A stretch of DNA of 51,792 nt from Octopus bimaculoides (Eukaryota). The notes under the pieces were generated by a model. The model made no database searches and had not been told where the DNA came from. It saw only the letters and a list, made by a program, of their open reading frames with translations. The stretch is from positions 104,391,516 through 104,443,307 of the forward strand of contig NC_068983.1 in assembly GCF_001194135.2 (NCBI RefSeq), written 5' to 3'. Positions 39,234 to 51,435 of the stretch are shown here, piece after piece (positions within the stretch are counted from its first letter, which is position 1; every line of letters begins with the position of its first letter). Position numbers and translations under genes: made by a program.

Positions 39234-40159
39234 GTGTGTGTGTATATATATTTAAGTTAAAAGAGTTTGTTGAAATGGATTTAGCGAATCCACTTGAAAA
39301 TAGTAATAAAGATAGTAACAGTATTAACAGTGAGGGTAATGATGATTATTGGAATAATAATAATAGTAATAATAATGATAATAATAATCATAGTAATAAT
39401 GGTAAATGAACAATAGTAATAAAAAATACAACTGAGAGTCATACATAATGAATTTGAAATATTTAGCTCGAATAGAGAAAACATGTATATCAAATCTTAA
39501 TACAGAAGTGATTGTTTGTTCAACAACTGATATTGACCATAAATGGAATGTAAACTTTTCAAATGAAAAATCTCTCAATTATTGTCTTAAGTGATTGTAA
39601 AAATGATCTAAAGTGAACATTAGATTAACCAAATTCTTAAGAAAAAAAGCTTAGTTTATAAATGTTCAGTAACAAGGGCATGTGTTTACTACTATATAGG
39701 TGCTTGCGCAATTGATTTTTAGTCAAGAATATATAATCACATTCCTTTGTTTAAATATAGAAAAAAGAAAAACTTCACCTCTTGAAGTAAATTTTTCTGG
39801 AGCCTCAAACGTACAATATTAAATGCTCTATAATGAATTGTGCACTACTGTATAAATGAAAGAAACTAAAATGTAACCTATGCCTCAAGAAAACACTTCA
39901 TATTCTTTCATTCAAATCTCACTTATTGAATAAAAGAAATGAATTAATATTCTGATGTATGCATTTATTTAGAAGAACTTTTTAAACCTTTCCAAATGAA
40001 TGATTAGTGTACCCTGTTATAATAGGTTAGATCTCTCTTTTTTGGTCAGGTATATTTAGTATATTTAACTCTTCTAGTTTTATTTAGTAGATACACTAAT
40101 ATTTACTTCATCTAATTATTTTAGTTATCTTAATTTTCAAGCTAAATGAGATTGTAGCT

Positions 40160-40620
40160 ATGACCTATGCCAGTGTCACATAACTGGCCTATTTAAGAGT
40201 TCCCTTCAATCATTGGGCAATGTGTGGTGCTTAAGAAGACCTATTGAGTCAAGTAAAATCGCTGTTGTGGCCGATGCCAGTACCGCCTGACTGGCACCCG
40301 TGCCGGTGGCATGTAAAAAACACCATTTGAGTGTGGTCAATGCCAGTGCCACCGGACTGGCACCCATGCCAGTGGCACATAAAAAGCATCACTCGAGCAT
40401 GGCTGATGCCAGTGCCACCTTACTGGCTCCCGTGCCGGTGACATGTAAAAAGCATCCACTACAGTTACAGAGTGGTTGACGTCAGGAAGGACATCCAGCT
40501 GAAGAAACCTTGCCAGATCAGATTGGAGCTTAGTGCAACCTCCTGGCTTGCCAATCCTCAGTCAAACTGTGCAACCCATGCCAGTAATGAAAGCAGACGT
40601 TAAACAATGATGATGATGAT
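40160..40620 (+). mobile_element. SINE-like repeat family B with (GAT)n tail (other copies ~1370-1600+, 3350-3620+, 3716-3945-, 8395-8548-, 9361-9523-, 25120-25265-, 27372-27580-, 31255-31440-, 38451-38595+, 39051-39192+, 41380-41535+)
   Basis: Recurrent 3' module ggaagggcatccagctgtagaaac...gtccaacccatgctagcatggaaagcggacgttaaacgatgatg. Confidence 0.88.
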
Positions 40621-41352
40621 GTAAATTTTTTTAAAATTCTGTAATTAGATTATTTTTGATAACTTTTTAATTTTATTTTTATTTATTTTTATTTTAATTT
40701 ATATTAATCATATTACAAGTATTTTAATTTTTTTAAATTTATTCTTTTAAGAAAAATAATTGTTTTTGAAATAGAATATCTTCCTTCGTGAATAATATAT
40801 TGATTATTTTACTTTGGAATTCTCACTATTGCATCCGGTTTTCTCGTACTCATAGTTTAACATTTAAAATTAATACTAACTGAATGATATTTCCTTCATG
40901 AACTAAATAATATAGAGCTTGATTCTATTTACATGATCTGTGTATATGAATTGGTCAGTAATGGTTTAAATGTGGTAAGAATTTTGCCATAAACATTCTT
41001 CAAGTTGTCAAGTGGGATTGTAAAAATATATTAAAATTCTTTCATGATCTGATAAGTACAATTCCTAAGTAGGTCTGCTGAAATGCCTTCCTACTCCTTA
41101 TTCTGGTCAAATATTGTTTGTTTTACTCCTATCTGTCTCCCTTAGAACATCTATTCCAAGCAGTATGGTATAGCTTTGATAAGGATGGGATGGTGTCCAG
41201 TTTCTCTATTTCTGTAGTATCTTAGTTGCTCAAATATGGGATAAATTAATATTCATGATTACAGGATTGCAGATTTTTCGAATTTGCCAATTTATCTGAG
41301 ACATGCATAAGCTGATTAAATAATGTATAATTCCCCATTTTTCTTGTGTGCA

Positions 41353-41383
<31 letters not shown>

Positions 41384-42189
41384 AAAGCACTCAGTACACA
41401 CTGTAAAGTAGTTGGTGTTATGAAAGGCATCAGCTGTAGAACTATGCCAAAGCTGACATTGGAGCTCAACATGTTCCTGCAGTTCACTGGATCCTGCCAA
41501 ACTGTCACTATGGAAGACAGATGTTAAATGATGATACATATCTATATGTGTGTATCTTTAGTGTTTGTGTTTGACAATTGGTGTTGGTTTGTTTATGTCT
41601 CTGTATCTTAGCAGTTCAACAAAAGAGGATGATAGAATAAGTACCAGGTTTTAAAATAAGTACTGAGGTCAGTTGTTTGACTAAAACCCTTCAAGAATGT
41701 GCCCCTGTGAGACCACAGTCTGTTGACTGAAACAAGTAAAAGAGATATATGTGTATTTATTTTATTCTTTTACTTATTTCAGTCATTTTTATTCTTTTAC
41801 TTATTTCAGTCAAACAAATTGACCCCAGGACTTATTCTTTGTAAGCCTAGTACTTATTCTATCAGTCTCTTTTGCTAAACTGCTAAGTTACGGGGACATA
41901 AACACACCAACATTGGTTGTCATGCGATGGTGGTGGGGACAAACACAGACTCACAAATATATATATGTATATATACAATGGGCTTCTTTCAGTTTCTGTT
42001 TACGAAATCCACTCACAAGGCTTTAGTCATCCTGAGGCTATAGCAGAAGACACTTGCCCAAGGTGCCATGCAGTGGGACTGAACCCAGAACCATGTGGTT
42101 GGTAAGCAAGCTTCTTACCATATAGCTACGCCTGTGCCTGTATGTATGTATATATATATCTCCCTCTCTCTCGGAGAGGCACAAGCACC

Positions 42190-42240
<51 letters not shown>

Positions 42241-43705
42241 ATGTAATGTATTTTGTGTTCATGAAGATATAATCTCATGCCCCCTCTAGACTCATCATCA
42301 TCATTGTTTAACATCCATTTTCTGTGCTGGCATGGGTTGGAGACAAAGTTACATTATTCATGACCAGTCTGAAAGAAGGCTGTAGTACCATGTTGTTTAT
42401 GATACTGAAAAATGTCACCATTCTTCACATATAAAAAAGATTAAATTCTAGTTATATGTAGTCAAATCAATATTACTCACACATTATGCAACCAAAAGTA
42501 AGAGTTAAGTTAGTGTTAACAAAGTTAAATCAAAGAACAATACACAGCTAACTAGAAAGAATAACAGAGTGGCTTTTATATTCATTGCATAATTATTTCA
42601 ATGACTAAAATTATAGATTTTTCACCAAGTAAGAAAAATAACTCTGGATATGTTTCAATCTAATCTTACCTCATCAACAAAGGATAATCATTACAGTACT
42701 TGCTAAAGCAGAAATGAAAGAATTACCGAATGTACAATCTTTTACATTGGTTAGCATAGTATTGTTTAATTTTTACGTTTTACTTGTTTCAGTTATTGGA
42801 CTGTGGCCATGCTGGTGCACGTCTTTGAAGGGTTTAGTTAAACAAATTGGTTTATTATTTTTTAAGTCCGGTACTTATTGTATCAGTCTCATTTTGCTGA
42901 ACTGCTAAGTTACAGAAAAGTAAACAAATGAGCACTGGTTGTCAAGTGGTGGTAGGTTTCAAACACAAAACATAAAGGTACACACCCATGCTGGCTTTCT
43001 ATACAGTTTTTGTCTACCAAATTAACTCACCAGGCACTGGTCAGCCCAAAGTGCTGCCCAGTAGGACTCAACCCAGGACCACATGGTTACTTGAACACAC
43101 AACCGTGCTTGCATTTATCAGAATAAATAATTCATAGACTTTTTTAAAGTCAGAGATCACAGAATTATATTGGTATTATGTTCGAGTTTAAAGTGTCATT
43201 TCAGACCAAACTGAAGAGTGATATATGTAAGGTGTTGACGTTTAGTTACTACTAAACATTTGATCAAACAGATGCTACCCAATATTAATCAATTATGACA
43301 ATTCTACTCTGCAACATATGTTACTAGTCTTTTGTTACTCCAGGATATTTATTACTCCTTATGTAAATATAACTTCATATTTTCAGTGTGCTAAAGTAAT
43401 TAAATTGTGTTTTGCTTGAAGGTAGTTGTATTTGAATTGATAAATTATATTAGGGGAACATATTGAATGCTTCTTTCTTACACAGTATTGTATTAAAAGA
43501 AAATAATCATGGATCAATCTATATGGAATATTATTATTTGATATAATCTATTACAATTGATGAACCATATTATTCTGTGGTATTGATTATTTTGAAAAGT
43601 AAAAAAATGATTTTATTTTTAAGGTTTATTAAGACCGACTTAATATTTGTGTTTCATCTATTTTCTCAAGTGTCAGACTAATAAAATATTTCATATATTT
43701 TTTAG

Positions 43706-43827
43706 AGATCGAGTGTTTACAAATACTGTGCAGCGTTTCATTGCAAGAAAAGCTGATCTTCTGTTTAGTAATGACAAACCTCCTAGAGAGGTACCGCATG
43801 TCTATAAGACCTATGGATTGGGTGAAG
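43706..43827 (+). CDS. TTC14: TTC14 coding exon 2
   Basis: ttttag|A GAT CGA... gives (R)DRVFTNTVQRFIARKADLLFSNDKPPREVPHVYKTYGLGE+G; VQRFIARKADLLF matches recalled TTC14 IQKFISKKADLLF. Donor G|gtaagt; phase 2 in, phase 1 out. Confidence 0.92.
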
Positions 43828-43989
43828 GTAAGTTTATTGATTCAACCTTTCCTACTACATAAATTTTGTTTTCTCACACAGTTGATAAAACAAAAAATAG
43901 TTACATATGAATGGTAATAAAATACTTCTTTGTAAATTGAACTTTAGTTTCATATATGGTTTCCTATAAAATTTCTGCATTTTTAAAAA

Positions 43990-44750
43990 ATCATTTTCTT
44001 CTTCAGTCTCATTCTTAAAAATAGTAACTTCTTTTCACTTATTATAAACCCTTTATTAAAAATACCAATAATGATTGCACTGAACTCTCCAAATCTTTCT
44101 TTCCTTTCTATCTGGTCTTGTGCAGCAGCAATGATCAGGTTTTTGGTGGTATGTTTCAAATCACCTCGCTCAAGCCATGCCCACGATGCTGTATTATCCT
44201 TAACGTCCTCTGTATTGCTTTCAAACTGTCCATGCATTCTCATTTCAAGAAGGTCTTCTTTTCTCTTCTCCTCAGCTCTTTGGTTAAACTCTTCTTTGCC
44301 CATCATTTCATCTGCATTTACACCAATATCTTTCATGGCATATTTATCAAATACCCAGCAAGCGTTCTCCTTTCACTCATTATACAATGGTCTGTACTAA
44401 TTAGTCCTCTGCCACCATTCTTTCTTTTCATATACAGTCTGTTTACGTTTGCTTTAGGGTGTAGCGTCATCCTTCTATGCAGTGTTGATATTTCCTCCTT
44501 AGTCCATTTGAGGATGGACGCACTCCTTAGTCCATTTGAGGATGGACTACTGCAACTGCCCAGATATTCATTGTGGTAATCAAATTTTTGGCATTCAGGT
44601 TGGATTTCAAAACCATCTTCACCCTTTTTGATACACCTTGCTGACCTTGACTTTCATTTTTCTGTGTAGAATGTGATCCAGCTCCCTAATCCCTAAATAT
44701 CTATACTCACTACCGTTGGGTTCACCCATAGTCTCTGCAGAATGCTTTCC
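43990..44750 (-). mobile_element. R4/Dong-like LINE internal fragment
   Basis: MRMHGQFE...SWAWLERGDLKHTTKNLIIAAAQDQ matches the LHGQ...W.WL..G.LK.ETE..I.AAQDQ motif. Contains a 25-bp direct repeat at 44495 and 44523. Confidence 0.85.
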
Positions 44751-44769
44751 TCCCTATTATTATTAATAA

Positions 44770-44985
44770 TAATAATCTTTTCTACTATAGGCACAAGGCC
44801 TGAAATTTGGGTAGGAGACTAGTCAATTACATACACCCCAGTGTTTTATTGGTACTTAATTTATCGACTCTGAAAGGAAGAAATTAAAGTTGACCTCTGC
44901 AGAATTTGAACTCGAAACGTAATGGCAGATGAAATACCACTAAGCATTTTGCCTAGTATGCTAATACTTCTGCCAGCTCACTGCT

Positions 44986-45024
<39 letters not shown>

Positions 45025-45245
45025 AGGCAGTGAGCTGGCAGAATTGTTAGCACGTCGAACAAAGTGCTTAATGGCATTTTGTGTTGCTTCTTTATGTGCT
45101 AAGCTCAAATCCTGCTGAGGTTGATTTAATTCTTTTTGAGGTCAATAAAATAAATACCAGTTGAGCACTGGGATCCATGTAATTAACTTACCACCTCCCT
45201 TAAAACTGCCAGCCTTGTGCCAAAATTAAAAAGAATTATTATTAT
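44770..45245. mobile_element. Two family-C SINEs ((TAA)n-associated) head-to-head; other copies ~16390-16540, 26150-26300, 48640-48930
   Basis: ggcagtgagctggcagaa head and accagttgagcactggg core in opposite orientations around a (TAA)n tract. Confidence 0.82.
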
Positions 45246-45599
45246 CATTTATAAAGAAAACATGTTTCTTATTTGTATCACAATAATAAAAGTTAACATT
45301 TTTAGTTAGTATATAGATTTATAAGTTTTTTGGAGCAGTGGTGGTTTTATGGGTTTTAATCTCCAAATTTACATTAAATCTGAGTTTTTAGGTTAGTTTT
45401 GGCAAGTTGCACCTCTTCTAATACTTTGTAACCTTTCTATATACCATCCATAATCATCTCATGTATTGAATTCATCGATACAAATATTGTATGTGATGTA
45501 ATTACCGATCATATGCATTCATTATTTGTTTATACTTGTATCATACCGGGTAACTACAAGTTACGTGTTGGTGACCGCTTGTACACTTGTCTGAAATTC

Positions 45600-47916
45600 T
45601 GACACCACTAGTTGGCAGCTTGACTGTGTTGACGGTGTATGCTTCGATTGTTACTCGCGATTTAAAATTTGTTTAACAACATTTTGTGTGTGTGTTTTTG
45701 TTTTGTAACCCTTTGCAAAGTAATGGCAGATAATAGTGTATCCAAAAAGAGGAAGTGGTACACCCACAATTTCAAGAAGTCATGGTTCGAGGATACTGAG
45801 CTTAAAGATTGGTTATGGCAAGATGATAAAAATCCTGACATCTGCTACTGTGTTTGTTGCAATGTTGTGTTGAAAAATGCAAACAAATCAATGCTGTTGG
45901 CTCATAAAAACACTGCCAAACACAAGAAAGCATTTGATTGTGCGAAATCTGTTATCAAATTAGATTCATTTATTGTTAAAAAAACAGATGATACATTAAA
46001 TGAAAAAGTAGCTAAGGCAGACTTGCTACTAACAGGTTATGTTGCTGAACATCATGTACCTTTCATCTATATAAATCACTTAGCTAAAATTTGTAAAAAA
46101 AACCTTTCCTGAAATAGCTAAAAATCTACAAATGAAAAAATCAAAATTAACATACACTATGCAAGATGGAATTGCACATTATGAACAAAATGAAACCTTG
46201 GAAATTCTCAAGAAACAAAAGTTTTCATTATTTATAGATGAGAGTACCGACATCTCAGTGACACAAATCTTAGCAAAAGTTGTTTGCTTTTTTGATGAAC
46301 AATCACTTAATGTCAAGGATGCTCTTCTGGATGCAATTGTAGTAGAAAATGGTTCGTCTCAGGGTTTGTACAATGCTGTCAAGTCTACGTTTACAAAAGC
46401 GATAATTGCTCAACAATGATGGGTAACAAGAATGGGTTTCAAAAGTTATTGAGAAATGATATTCCAACTGTATTTACAATAGGCTGTGTTTGCCATTCGT
46501 TTGCACTTTGTTCAAGTCATGCAGTGAAGGTGTTACCCTCGTATTTTGAGTCCTTTTTAAAGGATTTTTTACTTTTCTCGAAGTAGCAAACGTCAAAATG
46601 ATTTCAATATGATACAAAGTGTTGTTGGCACAAAAGAAAACAAAGCTTTTGCAAACTAAATGGTTGTCATGTGAAAATGTAATTGACGTTATAATAGAAC
46701 AGTGGGATGCCCTTGTACTTTATTTTCAGTCAGAGGCTAAAGTAGAAAAAGTGGACAGAGCAAAAAGGATCTATGAAACAATGATTAACAAAGGGACAAA
46801 GCACATGCTGCTCTTCTTACATTATATATTAAAGAAAGTAAATGCTCTTAATGTTGAGTTTCAATCGGAACACTTTTGACTGCATCTGTTGCATATACTT
46901 GTATCCAGTGAATATAAAAATATCCTTAATTTCTTTATAAAAAATAATGTTTTAGTTGTAACTAAATTATCAGATATTGATCTTAATAACACAACAAATC
47001 ACAAAGATATGAGTGATATTTACCTTGGTGGACATGCAATAAGATATTGGGAACAAAACCCCATCGTTGGTGACTCAGCTAGATTCAAAATTGCAAAATT
47101 TTTTAATAGAATTATGCTCTCAAATATAAATGCACTTTCCTCTCGGTGAAGCTGGAGTGTTTGCCCTCTTAGAAATACTTGAGCCAAAAGTAGCGCATGA
47201 TCTCACTAACTCTTCTCAGTCAATAATTCCCTTGGCATCAAACTTTCCAGAAATTGCACCAGAAAACATACTTGATGAACTAGACGATGAGTGGAGATTA
47301 TTTCGGCAATATAAAGATATTCCTGTTTCTTCAAAAAGCATCCCTGAATTCTGGTATTCCATACACAATCTTAAAGGCGGGCTTGAGCACACTAAATTTG
47401 AGAGGCTGTCACAATTCATGACTAATTTGACGATGTTACCTCATTCATCAGCGTGCGTGGAGTGCATACTTTCCCAAGTAAATTGTACATGACAAAGTTC
47501 ACTAGTAGGTTGAAGGCCGAAACAATCACTGGTTGTCTACTTGCTAAACAAGTAATTACAAGAAAGGGGGCGTCATGCATTTCTTGGGAGCTGAACGCTA
47601 AACTTATTAAAGATGTAGTGGATGGGTCTTGTCATCGTAGATATATGAGTAGATTGAACTTCAAAAAGGATGAAAATGAGTCTATCACCATTCAAGGAGT
47701 GAATGAAGATGATGTGGATATGACAAATTGACAAATTAGCTGCCATATGATATAAAGGAAGTATTAAATTCTGTATTCATTTTATCATATAACATATTTT
47801 ATCATTAAATTACCAATTATATACCTATTTTCTAACATCTGGGTTTATAATATAGGATCTGGGTTTTTTGCAGCAAATAATCTGGGTGTTTTATTATTTG
47901 ATGAGTGGCAACCCTG
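45600..47916 (+). mobile_element. hAT DNA transposon; right end TGGCAACCCTG (47906-47916), left end not located
   Basis: Transposase relic, hAT-like terminal 11-mer and subterminal ATCTGGGT repeats at about 47835-47890. No matching left TIR or 8-bp TSD found, so the start coordinate is approximate. Confidence 0.75.
45723..47731 (+). pseudogene. Decayed hAT-superfamily transposase in TTC14 intron
   Basis: Six ORF fragments in order: N-terminal C-x2-C...H-x5-H zinc finger (CVCC...HKNTAKH), FSLFIDESTDIS (first catalytic D), GCVCHSFALC motif read manually near 46485-46510, TKWLS (RW-type motif) and C-terminal LPHSSACVECILSQVN (hATC dimerisation region). Multiple frameshifts and stops. Confidence 0.9.
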
Positions 47917-48396
47917 CTCACAAGTAACAAGGATCAGAGCATAGATGTGATGGCAGAGTAAGGAAGATAGAGATAAATGGTGGCAATTGCCAGGGCATGC
48001 CCTCAAGGTATGAAGGTCATAATATATGCAGTCAGATATTACCCAGAAATGGGGATTGTAGTAACTGGAAAAAACCTGGGTATAAAGATAGGGTGGATGA
48101 AAGCAGCAATACAATGAGCAGGGCAGTGAGGGCAGGGAATGAGAGTGGGAGACAATCATAGGGTATGAAGAGGAAATGTGTGGAAGAGAAAGATGCTACT
48201 TTCATACCCTTCTTACTCCCCTCTTTACTGGCCCTTAATCTGGATACTGTATGAATATCTAGAAATATGATTTGTCTCATAGAAAGGCATATAACTTGTC
48301 TCATAAATAAAAATATAATTGTTATCTATATAATCATATGTTTGTTCACTTTTAGTTATAGTATATTATTGGATTTGTTTTCTTTTGTATTTTCAG

Positions 48397-48473
48397 ACTT
48401 CTATTCAATACTTCCTCCTGTGGAGTCATTCATGGGGTTACCTCCCGAGGATAGCAAGGAACATTTCTATCAG
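48397..48473 (+). CDS. TTC14: TTC14 coding exon 3
   Basis: tttcag|AC TTC TAT... gives (D)FYSILPPVESFMGLPPEDSKEHFYQ, matching recalled [23 protein letters not shown]. Donor CAG|gtatgc; phase 1 in, phase 0 out. Confidence 0.92.
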
Positions 48474-49203
48474 GTATGCATAATATACTAAATGTTCTTT
48501 TACATTCTATATTGAAATCATGCTGAGAGCAACCAATTTTAATTCTTCTAGTGTTGATAAAACAAGTAAAAGTAACAGTATCAAGTAACAGTACTAGAGT
48601 TGATTTCATCAGTTGTCCACTCTTCCAAAATTTGTGTCCTTGTGCCTAATTGAGTTAGTAGAATTGTTGAAGCATCAGACAAAATGTTTTGCTTTCTTTA
48701 TATTCGAAGTTCAAATCCCTTCAAGGTCAGCTTTGTCTTTCATTCCTCTGGGGTTATGTTCCGAATTCAGATCTAATCAAGTCTGACTTTGCCCTTCATC
48801 TTTCTGGGTTTGATAAAATAAATATCAATCAAGTATTGGGGATGATTAACTCAAATAGACATCCTTCCTCAATGTTGTGTCACTTTGTTCCTGTCTTGGA
48901 TATTGTTACAAAGATCACCACAAATTGAAGACCAGCTAGAGCTGAAAGTTACTGTTTCTTTTTAACTTTTTTTAAAGTTATAAAATTACACTGTCTCTCA
49001 TCAAATTTAATGACAGATTTAGCAAAAATTCAGTGATAGGGCATTACTGTGTGGAAAGAAGTTTGCTTCCTGACCACATGATTCTGGGTTCAGTCCTACT
49101 GCATAGCCCTTTGGACAAGTGTCTTCTACTATAACCCAAGGCTGACCAAAGCCTTATGAGTGAATTTGGTAGACAGAAACTGAAAGAAGACTATCTCACA
49201 CAA

Positions 49204-49254
<51 letters not shown>

Positions 49255-49600
49255 AATGTATGTCACTTTCTTCTTGCTTTGTCATCACATGATAGTTGTA
49301 AGCAAGTTTCATTGCCATGCAAGTGGTGTCCTTCATTTCCAATCGTCTGAGACACATGTGGCCATGGGGAAATATTATTTTGCTTGGAAACAGGTAATGG
49401 TTGGCGATAGGAAGGGCATCTGTGTCAACAAATTTCATCCAACCCTTGCAAACATGGAAAAGTGGATGTTATGATGATGATGATGAGGAGGAGGAGGATA
49501 TAATGCTTCTTTGCTCTTTCTCACATAAAAAAATAACTAAAAAAAGAGCTTTGCAATGTATCTGTGCTTGTTCATGCAAATTATTTGTGATTTGTTTCAG

Positions 49601-49723
49601 AGTGTGGAAAGGAAGGATATTCTTGTTGGCAGCGTAACCTCAATAATTGATAATGGAATTATCATTACCTTGCTTTGTATGGATGGTGTTAAAGCAAGAG
49701 ATATTGACCATTTAAAAGTTACT
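49601..49723 (+). CDS. TTC14: TTC14 coding exon 4 (start of S1-like domain); gene continues beyond window
   Basis: tttcag|SVERKDILVGSVTSIIDNGIIITLLCMDGVKARDIDHLKVT|gtaagt, matching recalled [40 protein letters not shown]. Phase 0 at both ends. Confidence 0.93.
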
Positions 49724-50324
49724 GTAAGTAGCCTACATTACATTTGTACTGAAACATAACAGAACTTTTAATTCAGATTGTAACCATTTTGCTTTTTCCT
49801 TTTTGCCCGATTCCTAATTCAGTTCAAAACATATCTTTTTAAATCTTGGTTTCATAGTTTATATTTGTTATTAGTATTTTGTCAATGCGTTACTGGGAAG
49901 AACACTTAATTTTGTCTTCCCCCATTTACCTAGAAATGTGTACCCTATATATGCTACACTGGTATTGTACTCAGGAGAAAAGTTATTTCTCATTCATTTA
50001 TCTCTAAAGCTAAGCATTTACTTCATGAATTCCTCTGGTTTTCAGGAAAGATATTTATATTTTCTTTATATATATTCTTTAAAAGGTGCATAAGTCTATA
50101 TCACATTATTGTCATTGGTAATTTGGTAACTCATCTGAGCTGGTATTGTTTTAGTTTTTTTCAACAGTTTCCATGTACAGGTGTAGCTGTGTGGTTAAGA
50201 AGCTTGGTTCTAGGTTCAGCCCTTGTGCATGACACCTTGGACAAGTGTCATCTACTATGACCCTGGGTGAACCAAAGCCTTGCAAGTAAATTTGGTTGAC
50301 AGGAACTAAAAGAAGCCTGTTGTA

Positions 50325-50365
<41 letters not shown>

Positions 50366-51435
50366 CTGTGTTAGTGTCCCTTTATTTTGACATTGTGTGA
50401 TTGTTGTAAGCAAGTGTCACTATCATTTAGTAGTGACCTTCATTCCCAGTCTTCTGTGAAAACATGCCTAGCCATCGGGAAATATTATCTTACTTGGAAA
50501 CAGCTGAGTGTTAGCAACATGAAGAGTATCTACCTGTAGAATATCTGCCTCAACAAATTCCTTACAACCCATGCAAACATAGAAAAGTAGGCATTAAAAT
50601 GATAAAGTGATGACAATGACAATGATGATAATGAAAATATAAGAGGATAACTTCTTTTACTATAAAATCTTTGTATATTTAGAGCTGTCTGCTTGGAATT
50701 TGATTCTCAAAATATTTTATCACACATCCTCATGTTGGAAATGGTTTTTTTTTTTTTTTCAAGCTGATAAATTACATTAAGAGATTGTGTGAGTTAGTTT
50801 GAAAATGAATAGTTCCAAGATCAACATGATATCACAAAACCTATCTTGTGTTAGTATTTAACTTTGTCATTCAGCTCAGTTATCCATGCATAATCTGTAT
50901 AGAACATTTACTTCTTCATGCTTCCAGTTGAATTGGAATTGTAAAGAATTTAGAAGTGTAAGAATTATATGTTTGCTAGTGTTTTATGTGAAATGTAAAT
51001 TGATATTTTAGCATTATGAAAAATATATTGTCATACTGATATAGTTAAATGTTTCTTTCAGCCACATCAAGCTACAATGGTGATTGTGATCATGAATAGC
51101 ATTGTCATAATCATGGTCATCATCAAAATATATTAATCATGATCAAAATTGTCTATCGTCACTGAAAATGTAACATACGTAGCTGAATTTCCTCCTAAAA
51201 GGAGAAAACAAAATTATGTAGTGAAAATAGATCATCTTTTGCCATCTTGTATTGTTTGTGAATTCAGACATTTATATCAATTGTTTAGAGCTAGTATTTT
51301 ATGACTGGATAAAGACGTATTTTCTGGTAGGTTGATTGTAGCAGGTAGCCTAATATGTTGTTTACCTTGGTTTTTTGTTAATTAATAATACATATTAGGG
51401 AAAGCAGTCAAATTGCCAAATGCCTATAAATTTTT

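Noticed and set aside
40267-40458. CRISPR-like array
   Set aside because: Eukaryotic context, no unique spacers; the units lie inside a SINE.
44118-44579. 153-aa plus-strand ORF
   Set aside because: Antisense shadow of the R4/Dong fragment.
45330-45350. gagcagtggtgg as the hAT left TIR
   Set aside because: Poor match to CAGGGTTGCCA and no 8-bp TSD matching the right flank.
49724-51435. Next TTC14 exon (expected to begin with an ALCPL-like motif)
   Set aside because: No acceptor followed by a matching phase-0 frame was found; presumably beyond the window.
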